Shown in pieces: positions 16,642 to 25,106 of a stretch of 32,699 bases of DNA. The stretch's first letter is position 1, and every line of letters starts with the position of its first letter. The position numbers were made by a program, and so were the translations under genes. Under the pieces are notes generated by a model. That model worked only from the letters and a program-made list of their open reading frames with translations. It was not told the origin of the DNA and did not search any database. The stretch comes from Thermoguttaceae bacterium (GTDB lineage Bacteria; Planctomycetota; Planctomycetia; Pirellulales; Thermoguttaceae), in the NCBI GenBank assembly GCA_028703175.1, contig JAQVNJ010000064.1:1-32699 (forward strand), written 5' to 3'.

Positions 16642-17559
16642 ATGAGCGAAGAGATCAAGCAGGCCGAGCCCACGGCCGAGACGAGCCGCGATTGCCGAAA
16701 GGGCAGACCACTCAGTGCCAAGGGGTTCACGTCGCTCTTCCTCACGCTCACATTCGGGGCCGTGGCGTCTTCCGGCGCGATCCTTTACCTGACGCCCCGC
16801 GGCCGCGTCGCCAATTGGACCGATTGGACGATGCTCGGGCTGAGCAAGGACGAGTGGGCCGCCCTGCACATGAACACCTGCGCGGTCCTGGTCCTCGTGG
16901 CGGCCGTGCACCTGGCGCTGAACTGGAAGATGTTCGCCGGCTATCTCTACCGCAAGGCGACGGGGGGGCTCAATTTGAAACGCGAGATGTCCTTGGCCGC
17001 GGCGCTCGCCGCCGTGCTCGTTGTGGGCACGATCCGCGCGTGGCCGCCGCTGGACTATCTGGCCGGCCTCAACACGCGGATCAAGGATTCCTGGGAGACG
17101 CGGACCGCCGAGGCGCCGGCGCCCCACGCGGAGGAACTCAGCTTGGCGCGGTTTGCCGCCCAGATCAACCTGCCGCTCGACGAGATCAGGGTGACCCTGG
17201 CGGAGGAGGGCTTCACGGTCGACGACGCCGAGCGGACGGTCGGCGAGATCGCCCGCCAGAAGGGCGTTGCCCCCAGCGCCGTGATGGCCGCGATCCGCAA
17301 GCATCACCCCGATGCCGCCCCGGCCCAAGGCTTCGGCCGCGGGCGCGGCATGCGACCGGGGATTGGCGCCGGGCAGCAGGATTCCGAGGGACCGGCCGGG
17401 GAAGACGCCGCGGCCGAGAGCCGGCCGTCGGCTGGCGACGGCTCGGGCCAAGGACGCGGTCAGGGGATGGGCCAGGGGCGGGGGATGGGCCGTGGCATGG
17501 GCGCCGGGCGGGGCATGGGCATCGGCCGCGGCATGGGAACCGGACCCGATCCCGAATAA
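16642..17559 (+). CDS. Membrane protein, 3 predicted TM helices (DUF4405-like core, tentative), with C-terminal Gly/Arg/Met (RGMG)n low-complexity tail
   Basis: ATG 16642 (MSEEIKQAEP...) with GGGAGAGGA 5 nt upstream. It is in the same frame as track ORF 16297..17559, whose first 115 aa look like non-coding read-through. Hydrophobic stretches are FTSLFLTLTFGAVASSGAILYL, CAVLVLVAAVHLALNW and LAAALAAVLVVGTI. Confidence 0.7.
   Translation: MSEEIKQAEPTAETSRDCRKGRPLSAKGFTSLFLTLTFGAVASSGAILYLTPRGRVANWTDWTMLGLSKDEWAALHMNTCAVLVLVAAVHLALNWKMFAGYLYRKATGGLNLKREMSLAAALAAVLVVGTIRAWPPLDYLAGLNTRIKDSWETRTAEAPAPHAEELSLARFAAQINLPLDEIRVTLAEEGFTVDDAERTVGEIARQKGVAPSAVMAAIRKHHPDAAPAQGFGRGRGMRPGIGAGQQDSEGPAGEDAAAESRPSAGDGSGQGRGQGMGQGRGMGRGMGAGRGMGIGRGMGTGPDPE
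17446..17544 (+). repeat. Coding tandem repeat GQGRGQGMGQGRGMGRGMGAGRGMGIGRGMGTG (about 7 RGMG/GxGMG units)
   Basis: Imperfect 12-15-nt ggc-atg-ggc-ngg periodicity at the 3' end of CDS 16642..17559. Confidence 0.7.
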
Positions 17560-17649
17560 CGATCGCATCGCCCGCCCAGCGTGAATCCAGCCGGCCGGTG
17601 GTCTTGATCGTCGGCGGGAGCTAGAATCGATCCGGCCCGGGCGCGCTCG

Positions 17650-18621
17650 TTGGAAGGAACGGCCATGCTGCACGTGATCGGCACGGATGAAGCCGGATTC
17701 GGACCGAACCTCGGCCCGCTGGTTGTCTCGGCCACCGTCTGGCAAATGCCCGGCGGAATCGGCGTCGAAGACCTCTTCGATCGGCTGGCCGCGGCGGTTG
17801 CGCCCACGGCCGCCGAGGCCGGCGCCGGGCGGATCGCGATCGCCGATTCCAAGAAGCTCTACCAGCCGGGCGGATCGTTGCGGCATCTGGAGCGGGGGGT
17901 TCTCGCTGGCTTGGCATCATTGGGACACTCCCCGGCAAGCTGGCGAGGGCTGCTGGAGGCCCTCGATCCGGCCGGCGGCGCGGGCACGGCGGAGATTCCC
18001 TGGTACGCCGGCTACGATCAACCGATTCCCGTCTGCGGCGAGAACGACACGGGCACGCGCGGCCAGCGGTTTCTCGACACCTGCCGTGCGGTCGGCGTTC
18101 GCCTCTGCGCGATTCGCAGCCGCGTTGTTGAACCGCACGCCTTCAATGCCCGCCTGGCCCGCTGCGGCAACAAGAGCACGCTGCTCTCGGAGGTGACCCT
18201 CGGACTGGCCGCCGAGTTGACCGGCGGCCTGCCGGGGCCGTTGTCGATCATCTGCGACAAGCACGGGGGCCGCAACCGCTATGCGGACATGCTGGCGCAA
18301 CACTTTCCCGAGGCGTTCATTGAAATTCACGGCGAGAGCCGCCACCGGAGCGCGTACCGGTTCGGGCCGGCCGAGCGGCGGATTGACGCCGCATTTCTCA
18401 GCAACGCCGAGCGCTGCCTGCCGGTCGCGCTGGCTTCGATGGCCTCGAAATACCTGCGCGAATTGGCGATGCGGGCATTCAACGGTTACTGGGCCGAGCA
18501 CGTCTCCGACCTCCGCCCGACAGCCGGCTATCCCCAGGACGCCAGGCGTTTTAAGAAGGAGATCGCCGCCGCCCAGGAGCGTCTCGGGATCAGCGACGCG
18601 ATGCTTTGGCGGGCAAGGTAA
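17650..18621 (+). CDS. RNase HII-like (RNase H2 family) protein, divergent and about 320 aa
   Basis: Motifs match RNase HII motifs I, II and the AS-x-x-AK motif: HVIGTDEAGFGPNLGPLVVSA, RIAIADSKKLY, LSIICDKHGG, ALASMASKYLRELA. Track start is TTG 17650; ATG at 17665 (MLHVIG...) is more likely. Confidence 0.55.
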   Translation: MEGTAMLHVIGTDEAGFGPNLGPLVVSATVWQMPGGIGVEDLFDRLAAAVAPTAAEAGAGRIAIADSKKLYQPGGSLRHLERGVLAGLASLGHSPASWRGLLEALDPAGGAGTAEIPWYAGYDQPIPVCGENDTGTRGQRFLDTCRAVGVRLCAIRSRVVEPHAFNARLARCGNKSTLLSEVTLGLAAELTGGLPGPLSIICDKHGGRNRYADMLAQHFPEAFIEIHGESRHRSAYRFGPAERRIDAAFLSNAERCLPVALASMASKYLRELAMRAFNGYWAEHVSDLRPTAGYPQDARRFKKEIAAAQERLGISDAMLWRAR

Positions 18622-18666
18622 GACAGCCGGCCCGCGCCACCCTCCCTGGTTCCCCACCTGCCTCCT

Positions 18667-18692
18667 GGTTCCCAAGCTCCAGCTTGGGAACC
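18667..18692. repeat. Palindromic element copy A: GGTTCCCAAGCT-cc-AGCTTGGGAACC (12-bp arms, 2-nt centre)
   Basis: Perfect inverted repeat 46 nt after the RNase HII-like stop. No T-tract follows. The flanks (cctGG...CCtccg) are shared with copy B at 26982. Confidence 0.6.
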
Positions 18693-19015
18693 TCCGCGCC
18701 CGGCGAACCTGAAAAACCACGCACAACGCCGGATTTCCTTCAGATACGCGGCGCAAAATCGTTTACACCCCCCATTTGCGGTCGATTCTTTCGGGGGGGC
18801 TATTTCGTGCAGATTTGCGCTCTTTCCGACCTGGGAGCCCAAGAAAACGGCTGATCCGGCGAACTAATTGCGCCTGGAGGGGGCCGGCTTGCAGCAATCC
18901 TCCGGCGGGGACGCCACCTGAGGTGGTGCAAAGACTCGAAATTCCGTGCTATCCTGCAAGCGGGGCAAATCCGTCAACTCCAGTCAAGCCGGGTTATTCG
19001 GAAGGAGCAAGGACC

Positions 19016-19651
19016 ATGTTCACACTCTTTCTGTTCTGTGCGGTGTTAGGCGGCGTGGTTCTGGTCTGCCAGATCGTGATGACGATCGCCGGCGCCGGCC
19101 TTGGCGGGGGCGACGTGGACATCCCCGGCGACGCGGGAGGATTTGGCGACGTAGATTTGGATGTCGGCCACGGCGACGTCCATGGCGGCGACCTGAACTC
19201 GGAGCACGCCGACTCGACGGCCGGGTTCCGCGTGATTTCCCTGCGAACCGTGATTGCCGGAGTTGCTTTCTTCGGTCTCGGCGGCCTGGCGGCGGACAGC
19301 ACCGGAGCCGCCCCGGTCGTCGTCTGGGCGATCGCGCTGGCCGCCGGGGCCGCCGCGATGTACGGCGTCTACTGGATGTTTCGTACCCTGTATTCCCTGA
19401 AATCCGACGGCACCGTCCAGATTGCCAACGCGATCGGCCAACACGGCACCGTTTACCTGCGGATTCCCGGCAACGACTCGGGGGCGGGCAAGATTCAGAT
19501 GTGCCTCCAGTCGCGCACGGTGGAGTACCTGGCGACGACGTCCGGCGAGGGATTGCCCACGGGAACCAGAATCGTCGTTGTCGACGTCGTCACACCGACG
19601 ACCGTTCAAGTTGAACCGGTCCTTGAACCCGAAAGGAACGAGCATGTTTAG
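19016..19651 (+). CDS. NfeD-like membrane protein (N-terminal TM region, C-terminal OB-fold), partner of flotillin
   Basis: ATG 19016 (MFTLFLFCAVLGGVVLVCQIVMTIAG...) with AAGGAG 9 nt upstream. C-terminal GTVQIANAIGQHGTVYLRIP...GTRIVVVDVV resembles the NfeD OB-fold. It overlaps the next gene by 8 nt. Confidence 0.65.
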   Translation: MFTLFLFCAVLGGVVLVCQIVMTIAGAGLGGGDVDIPGDAGGFGDVDLDVGHGDVHGGDLNSEHADSTAGFRVISLRTVIAGVAFFGLGGLAADSTGAAPVVVWAIALAAGAAAMYGVYWMFRTLYSLKSDGTVQIANAIGQHGTVYLRIPGNDSGAGKIQMCLQSRTVEYLATTSGEGLPTGTRIVVVDVVTPTTVQVEPVLEPERNEHV

Positions 19652-21242
19652 CTACGCGCTTCTGGCGGCAGGCAACGATACGCTGATCACCGTGCTGATT
19701 GTGGCGGTCGCGCTGGTCGTCGGCCTGTTTGCCATGGTCATGGTGTTGGCCACCAGGTATTACAAACGCTGCCCGAGCAACCGCGTGCTGGTGATCTTCG
19801 GCAAGGCCGGGCAGGGCAGATCGTCCTCGTGTGTCCACGGCGGCGCCAAGTTCATCATCCCCCTGCTCCAGGATTTTCGCTGGCTGAGCCTCGAGCCGAT
19901 GCAGATCGAGATTCCCCTCCGCGGGGCCCTCTCGATGGAGAACATCCGCGTCAACGTGCCGAGTGTGTTCACCGTCGCCATCGGCACCACGCCCGAGTTG
20001 ATGAACAACGCGGCGATCCGGTTGCTGGACCTGACCAGCGCCGAGATCAAGAAGCAGGCCGAGGACATCATCTTCGGCCAGCTCCGCCAGGTGATCGCCT
20101 CGATGGCCATCGAAGACATCAACCGCGACCGCGACAAATTTCTCAACAATATCCAGGAATCGCTCGAACCGGAGCTCCTCAAGATTGGCCTGGTGCTGAT
20201 CAACGTCAACATCACCGACATCACCGACGAATCCGGCTACATCGAGGCGATCGGCCAGAAGGCGGCCTCGCTGGCGATCCAGAAGGCCCGCGGCGACGTG
20301 GCCGACAATGAGAAGATGGGCGAGATCCGCGTGGCCGAGGCCGAGCGTGAGAAGGCCGTGCAGGTGGCCAACGCCAACAAGGTCCGCGAGATCGGCACCC
20401 GCGAAGCGGGGCGCGACCAGGCGATCAGCATCGCCGACATGGACCGCGAGCAGGCGGTCCGCGAGGAGGCGGCCAAGTTTGAACGCGAGGCCCAGGTCAA
20501 GGCGGCCCAGCGCGACATGCGCGTCAGGCTGGCCGACGCCGAGGCCAAGGCCGTCGAGGGCGAAAACGAGGCCAAAGCGGTGATCGCCGCCTCCCAGGCG
20601 ACCCTCCAGGTCAAGGAAGCCGAAGCCTACCAGATCGGCGAGTCGAAGAAACGCCAGGCGGATGCCGCCGTGCTGGAAATCGAGCACCGGGCGCGAGCCA
20701 AGGCGGCCCTCGCCGAGGCCGAACGCATCGAGGCCAAGCGCCGCGCCGAGCTCGAAGCGCCCGCCAAGGCCGAAAAAGCGCGGATCCAGGTCGAAGCCGA
20801 GGCCGAAGCCGCCAAGCGGCGGATCGAGGCCGAGGGCGAGGCGGCGGCGATCTTCGCCCGACTCGAAGCGGAAGCCCGCGGCCAGTACGAGATCCTCAAG
20901 AAGAAAGGGGACGGACTCCGCGAAATCGTCGACGCCTGCGGCGGCGCCCAGCAGGCATTCCAGATGATGATGCTCGAACACTTCGACAACCTCGTCGACG
21001 CCTCGGCAAGGGCGATCTCCAACATCAAGTTCGACAAGGTCGTCGTCTGGGAAGGCGGCGGGCAGAACGGAACCACGGCCACCGCCAATTGGCTCCACAA
21101 CATGGCCCGCACCCTGCCCCCGATGATGCAGGTCATGAAGGACGTCGGCGGAATCGAAATCCCGGAAACGCTCGCCGCTTTCACCAGCGCCGAAAATCCC
21201 CCACAGAAGAAGGCAGCCGCCACGCCGGCCGAATCATCGTAG
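19644..21242 (+). CDS. Flotillin-like SPFH/Band-7 protein (FloT/YuaG-like) with long Ala/Glu-rich coiled-coil
   Basis: ATG 19644 (MFSYALLAAGNDTLITVLIVAVALVVGLFAMVMVLATRYYKRCPSNRVLVIFGKAG...). It has an SPFH-like N-domain followed by EA-rich heptads (AEAEREKAVQVANANKVREIG...EAEAEAAKRRIEAEGEAAA). It sits in the classic NfeD-flotillin gene order. Confidence 0.8.
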   Translation: MFSYALLAAGNDTLITVLIVAVALVVGLFAMVMVLATRYYKRCPSNRVLVIFGKAGQGRSSSCVHGGAKFIIPLLQDFRWLSLEPMQIEIPLRGALSMENIRVNVPSVFTVAIGTTPELMNNAAIRLLDLTSAEIKKQAEDIIFGQLRQVIASMAIEDINRDRDKFLNNIQESLEPELLKIGLVLINVNITDITDESGYIEAIGQKAASLAIQKARGDVADNEKMGEIRVAEAEREKAVQVANANKVREIGTREAGRDQAISIADMDREQAVREEAAKFEREAQVKAAQRDMRVRLADAEAKAVEGENEAKAVIAASQATLQVKEAEAYQIGESKKRQADAAVLEIEHRARAKAALAEAERIEAKRRAELEAPAKAEKARIQVEAEAEAAKRRIEAEGEAAAIFARLEAEARGQYEILKKKGDGLREIVDACGGAQQAFQMMMLEHFDNLVDASARAISNIKFDKVVVWEGGGQNGTTATANWLHNMARTLPPMMQVMKDVGGIEIPETLAAFTSAENPPQKKAAATPAESS

Positions 21243-21250
21243 GGCAGCCG

Positions 21251-21320
21251 TCAGCGGTCAGCCGTCAGCGGTTAGTGGTTAGTGGTCAGCGGTTAGTAAG
21301 TAGTGGTTAGTAACTAGCGG
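21251..21320 (+). repeat. About 10 tandem degenerate heptamers (GTYAGYG), stop-codon-rich, immediately 3' of flotillin
   Basis: gtcagcg gtcagcc gtcagcg gttagtg gttagtg gtcagcg gttagta agtagtg gttagta actagcg. Contains TAG/TAA/TGA in every frame. Confidence 0.7.
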
Positions 21321-21494
21321 CTGCGGGGCGTGAATTTGCCACGACCGGGATCGAAGACGGGTTTTGTCCAAGGCGTGCATACGCCGTTGGCGTTGATCGG
21401 CGGTGGGCTGCCGTGTTGCGCAAGGTGGTGCTACGCGCCGTGCGGGCTGCTGAACGCGTTCGGCTCGTTGCTCGACGCGACAGGCACACTCTCT

Positions 21495-21529
21495 CTGATG
21501 GCTGATGGCTGGTGGCTGACGGCTCAGTC
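21495..21529 (-). repeat. 5 tandem heptamers (CTGRYGG on +; CCRYCAG on -), immediately 3' of the minus-strand TGase/TPR gene
   Basis: ctgatgg ctgatgg ctggtgg ctgacgg ctcagtc. The YCAG core is shared with the array at 21251. Confidence 0.6.
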
Positions 21530-21534
21530 GCCCC

Positions 21535-22959
21535 TCAGTCCGCCGTCGCCTGGACGACGCCGGAGACCTCCGCCGTCCAGCCGTCGAGCGTGCTCCGCCG
21601 GCGATGGTTGAGCAGCTCCGAGCCAGGCTGGCGAGCCAGGCCCCAGTCGAGCAGGCTGACCGCCTCGGCGTGGCGATTCTGCCGGGCGAGCGAGGCCGCC
21701 CAATCGGCGAGGGTCTGCACCTCGACTTGCCGGAGGATTTCCCCGGCGGGCTGGCACTCCAATTCGGCCGCGCGGAGCAGTTGCAGGGCTCGCTCGGACC
21801 GGCCAAGCTGGAAAAGCCGCCGGGCCCAGCGGCGGTAGACGTCGAGCCGCAACTGGGCGAGGCGGTCGGCGCCGAGCAGTTCGGCGTCGGCCCGGCGAAG
21901 AATCTCCAGGGCCTTGTCGAAGTCGTTGCCACTGGCCAGGCGGTCCGCCCACTGGTAGTGCAGGTGGATGTAGTTGGCCCGGAAGGTCTCGTAGCGGCGA
22001 TCGAGGGCAAGACCCTGCGAGAGCAGGCGGATGGCTTCCTCGTACTGGTGCTCCGCGCCAACGGTGATCGCCCAGTTGTTCAACGTGGCCAGCAGGTTGC
22101 CCCTGGCGGTCTTGCTCGTCGGATCGAGGCGCAGCGCTTTGGCATTTGCCGCCGCCGCCTCCGCGAAACGCTGCTCGGAGAGCAGGTCGACGCCCCGATT
22201 GTAGTAGATCATGGCGATCAGCTCGACGGGCGAGACTTCGCGCCCCGCGCGGCTGTCGGCGTGCCCCGCGCCGAGCGTCTTGGCGACCAGGGCCGCCTGC
22301 CGCCGGGGATCGTGGCGGAGTTGGAACCAGCCGGGGCAGGTGGTCTCCACGTCGAGGTTGACGCTGCCGAGCCGCAGCCGGGTCATGGCGTGGCCGGGCA
22401 GTTCGAGTGCCACCGGCTCCAGCCCGAACCGCAACGCCAGGCAATTGAACAGCACGGTCGAGCTGACGCAGTTGAACCGCCCGTCCTCGAGGGTCGCCGC
22501 CAGATCGGTCGATTCGAGCCGGTAGCCGCCGACGAGGATCCTGCGGTGCATGAAGTCGAAGACCTGTTGGGCGAGGATTTCGGGGTCGGACTGGCTGCCG
22601 ACGAGCCTGGCGGCCTCATCGGCGAGGGCATGGAAGCGGCTCACGCAGTGATCGAGCTGTCTCTGGCCTTCGACGCCTCCGGCGATCAGGGCGGCCGCCA
22701 GCAGGCTGTGGTTGTCCCACCGTCGGTCGGCCGCATCGGCCAGCAAACGCTTCTCCAGTTCGCCCGGCGAGCCTTCGTATCGAGCATACGGGCTGGGGGC
22801 CGTGGGTGGGTGGGGCAGCGTCCCGGGAGCTGTCTCGGCGGCCGGCTCCAAGTCCCCCGGGCGGGGCGCGGCCTGGATCGAAGCGGCCAGGCCGATCCAG
22901 GTCAGCAACAGGGTTTGCAGCGCGGTCCGCGGGGACGCTGAAAAGGGTCGGCGGGACAT
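21535..22959 (-). CDS. Secreted transglutaminase-like (putative Cys-protease fold) domain protein with C-terminal TPR repeats
   Basis: ATG 22959 (MSRRPFSASPRTALQTLLLTWIGLAASIQAAPRPG..., a signal-peptide-like h-region). TGase-core-like Cys segment is GRFNCVSSTVLFNCLALRFGLEPVALELPGHAMTRL...DVETT. Downstream helical repeats are TPR-like. The first 70 codons of the track ORF (start 23169) look non-coding. Confidence 0.6.
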   Translation of the reverse strand: MSRRPFSASPRTALQTLLLTWIGLAASIQAAPRPGDLEPAAETAPGTLPHPPTAPSPYARYEGSPGELEKRLLADAADRRWDNHSLLAAALIAGGVEGQRQLDHCVSRFHALADEAARLVGSQSDPEILAQQVFDFMHRRILVGGYRLESTDLAATLEDGRFNCVSSTVLFNCLALRFGLEPVALELPGHAMTRLRLGSVNLDVETTCPGWFQLRHDPRRQAALVAKTLGAGHADSRAGREVSPVELIAMIYYNRGVDLLSEQRFAEAAAANAKALRLDPTSKTARGNLLATLNNWAITVGAEHQYEEAIRLLSQGLALDRRYETFRANYIHLHYQWADRLASGNDFDKALEILRRADAELLGADRLAQLRLDVYRRWARRLFQLGRSERALQLLRAAELECQPAGEILRQVEVQTLADWAASLARQNRHAEAVSLLDWGLARQPGSELLNHRRRSTLDGWTAEVSGVVQATAD

Positions 22960-23374
22960 AGGGGGATCGTTGGTTCCGGTTCGTGACGGGAATCGATCTG
23001 CGGTTTGGTGCGGTTTCCGCCTGCTCCGGCACTCGGAACGCGGGGGCGGGGCGTTGCCGCAGGGCGACCGGCGCGGCTGGCCGGTGACCACCCGGCAACC
23101 GCCGTGTACGGCCTTGGGGTATAGACCTTCCCCGCGGCCTGGCGTGCGAACGATGCCTGAGTGCAACAACTATACGTTGCGAAAAGGCAATGTGCCTGGG
23201 GAAACGGCAAGAAACAGAGCCGGGCGGCCGCGAGGGCGGGGTGCTTCTACGGGCTGGGCGGGCTGGAGCCTTAGAGCGTCTTGCACGAAGCCGGTCGAGA
23301 GTCAATGACGAGCGGACCGCAACAGTTATCCGAAAGCGATCGCTCGCGCGGCTTGTCTCGATTCTCGCGATCCG

Positions 23375-24592
23375 CTACTGATCTTCCGGCAGTTGATGGC
23401 CCATCTTGTCGCGTTTTGTGGCCAGATACCGGGCGTTGTGCTCGTTGATCGGGCCAAGGATCGGCACCTGGTCGACGACCTCCAGATCGAAGCCGCCGTA
23501 GATGAACGCGTCGGTCTTCTTCGGGTTGTTGGTCAACAGGCGGATCCGCGACAGTCCCAGGTCCTTGAGGACTTGAATGCCCACGCCGTAATCGCGGCTA
23601 TCGACCTGGTGGCCGAGGGCAAGATTGGCCTCCACGGTGTCCAACCCCCCGTCCTGGAGGTGGTAGGCCTTGATCTTCTCGACCAGTCCAATTCCGCGGC
23701 CCTCCTGGGGCAGGTAGACAAGCACCCCGGCCCCCTCCCTGGCGATCATCTCCAGGGCCAGGTGGAGCTGGTCGCCGCAGTCGCATCGCAGCGAGGCCAG
23801 CAGGTCGCCCGTGAAACACGAGGAATGCAGCCGGACGAGCGGTGGCTGGGCGGCCTCCACCGGATTGCCGATGAGCACGGCGGCCGGTTCCATGGTCTCG
23901 TATTTCACGCCGTAGACGATCACGCGCCCCTTGCCGTACTTCGTGGGCAGATCCGCCTCCGCCTGCCGGTAGACGAGCTTCTCGATTCGGCGGCGATAGC
24001 GGATCAGCTCTTCAATTGTGATGATTGGCAGACCGTGTTGCTGGGCGATCTTGTGCAACCGGCTGCGTGTTGCCCGATCGCCGTCTTCGTTGAGAATCTC
24101 GCAGAGCACGCCGGCCGGCCTCAGTCCGGCGAGTCGCGTCAGGTCGACGGCGGCCTCCGTATGACCGGCCCGGCGCAACACTCCCCCCTCCTTGGCCTCC
24201 AGGGGAAACAGGTGCCCGGGGCGGACAAAATCGGAAGGCTTGCTGGCGGGATTGACGATCTCCAGGATGGTCGTCGCCTTCTCGTAGGCCGTGATGCCGG
24301 TGCGGGCCGTGCGGTGGTCGACCGGAACCGTGAAACTGGTCCGCAGAGGGGCCGTATTGTTCTCGACCATCGGCGGCAGATCGAGTCGCTTGCAGACCTC
24401 GGGCAGGATCGGCATGCACACCTGCCCGCGACCGTGGACGAGCATGAAATTGACGATTTCCGGCGTCACCTTTTCCGCCGCACAAATGAAATCGCCTTCG
24501 TTCTCGCGGTCCTCGTCGTCCATCACGATGGCAATTCTGCCCTCGGCGATGGCGTCGACCGCCTCTTCAATCGTCGAAAGATTCTCAGACAA
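23375..24592 (-). CDS. ribBA: Bifunctional 3,4-dihydroxy-2-butanone-4-phosphate synthase / GTP cyclohydrolase II
   Basis: Full-length match to RibB (…RENEGDFICAAEKVTPEIVNFM…) plus RibA (…VRLHSSCFTGDLLASLRCDCGDQLH…GRGIGL…) signatures. TTG start at 24592 with GGAGAA 8 nt upstream. Confidence 0.9.
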   Translation of the reverse strand: MSENLSTIEEAVDAIAEGRIAIVMDDEDRENEGDFICAAEKVTPEIVNFMLVHGRGQVCMPILPEVCKRLDLPPMVENNTAPLRTSFTVPVDHRTARTGITAYEKATTILEIVNPASKPSDFVRPGHLFPLEAKEGGVLRRAGHTEAAVDLTRLAGLRPAGVLCEILNEDGDRATRSRLHKIAQQHGLPIITIEELIRYRRRIEKLVYRQAEADLPTKYGKGRVIVYGVKYETMEPAAVLIGNPVEAAQPPLVRLHSSCFTGDLLASLRCDCGDQLHLALEMIAREGAGVLVYLPQEGRGIGLVEKIKAYHLQDGGLDTVEANLALGHQVDSRDYGVGIQVLKDLGLSRIRLLTNNPKKTDAFIYGGFDLEVVDQVPILGPINEHNARYLATKRDKMGHQLPEDQ

Positions 24593-25106
24593 CTCGTTGA
24601 TTCTCCACGGAGTATTTCATCGCCGGACGGAACATGCGCCTCTTCGGCGGGCCGCTTCCAGCCGTCAGAAGAGCGCGGACTCCGCTCGGCGCTGCGGCTT
24701 CACGCCCTCGAGCAACGGGACCCGATTCCATGACCAGCCCGGGATAGAGAACCGATCGCCGCATACGACCTGCACTGGGGGGATGGATGGTTGCGTCACA
24801 CCCCGGATGGCTGTCTAGCTTCGAGCGGTCGGGAAGAATACGGAACGTCACCATTTTAGACGCCGTGGAGGTTCCTTTCCAGTAGGGGCCGTTGGCAGGA
24901 CGGCACAACGGCAAGCTTGGGGGGGATGGGGTGTCTTTTCAGATTTTGCGGTTTTTGTCGATTCCGGCGAGTTTGTGTCCGATAAACAACGGCGAGGCGT
25001 GGGCAACCGCGGCATCCTGGGCGTTGCCTGGATCGTGGAAAGGCTTCGCGGGCAGAATTCTCGCCCAGACGCGAGGCGATGGTTGAAACGGGAGGTTCGA
25101 CAGGTC

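Noticed and set aside
15745-17886. ORFs 15745..16134 (+), 15815..16600 (-), 15881..16321 (+), 16191..17624 (+ 477 aa), 16549..17886 (- 445 aa), 17312..17584 (+)
   Set aside because: Low-complexity R/P/G/A-rich products overlapping either the intergenic spacer or the real gene 16642..17559 in other frames or strands. No start context or motifs.
17687-18842. ORFs 17687..18196 (+), 17917..18756 (- 279 aa), 18281..18712 (+), 18528..18842 (-)
   Set aside because: They overlap the RNase HII-like CDS, which has clear family motifs. Their products are R/P-rich shadows.
18946-21223. ORFs 18946..19614 (+ 222 aa), 19046..19645 (-), 19590..21098 (- 502 aa), 19829..20311 (+), 20627..21223 (-), 20662..20967 (+)
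   Set aside because: They overlap the NfeD-like and flotillin genes in other frames or strands. Products are Arg/Gly/Pro-rich or Ser/Ala-rich with no domain signatures.
21279-23308. ORFs 21279..22061 (-), 21330..21611 (+), 21524..22444 (- 306 aa), 21604..22941 (+ 445 aa), 22616..23305 (-), 22712..23308 (+)
   Set aside because: Shadows of the TGase/TPR gene, or spanning the heptamer-repeat intergenic region. Low-complexity R/P/G-rich products.
24593-24900. FMN riboswitch upstream of ribBA
   Set aside because: Conserved RFN motifs were not recognisable by eye. Only repeated GGATGG hexamers. Left as a check, not a call.
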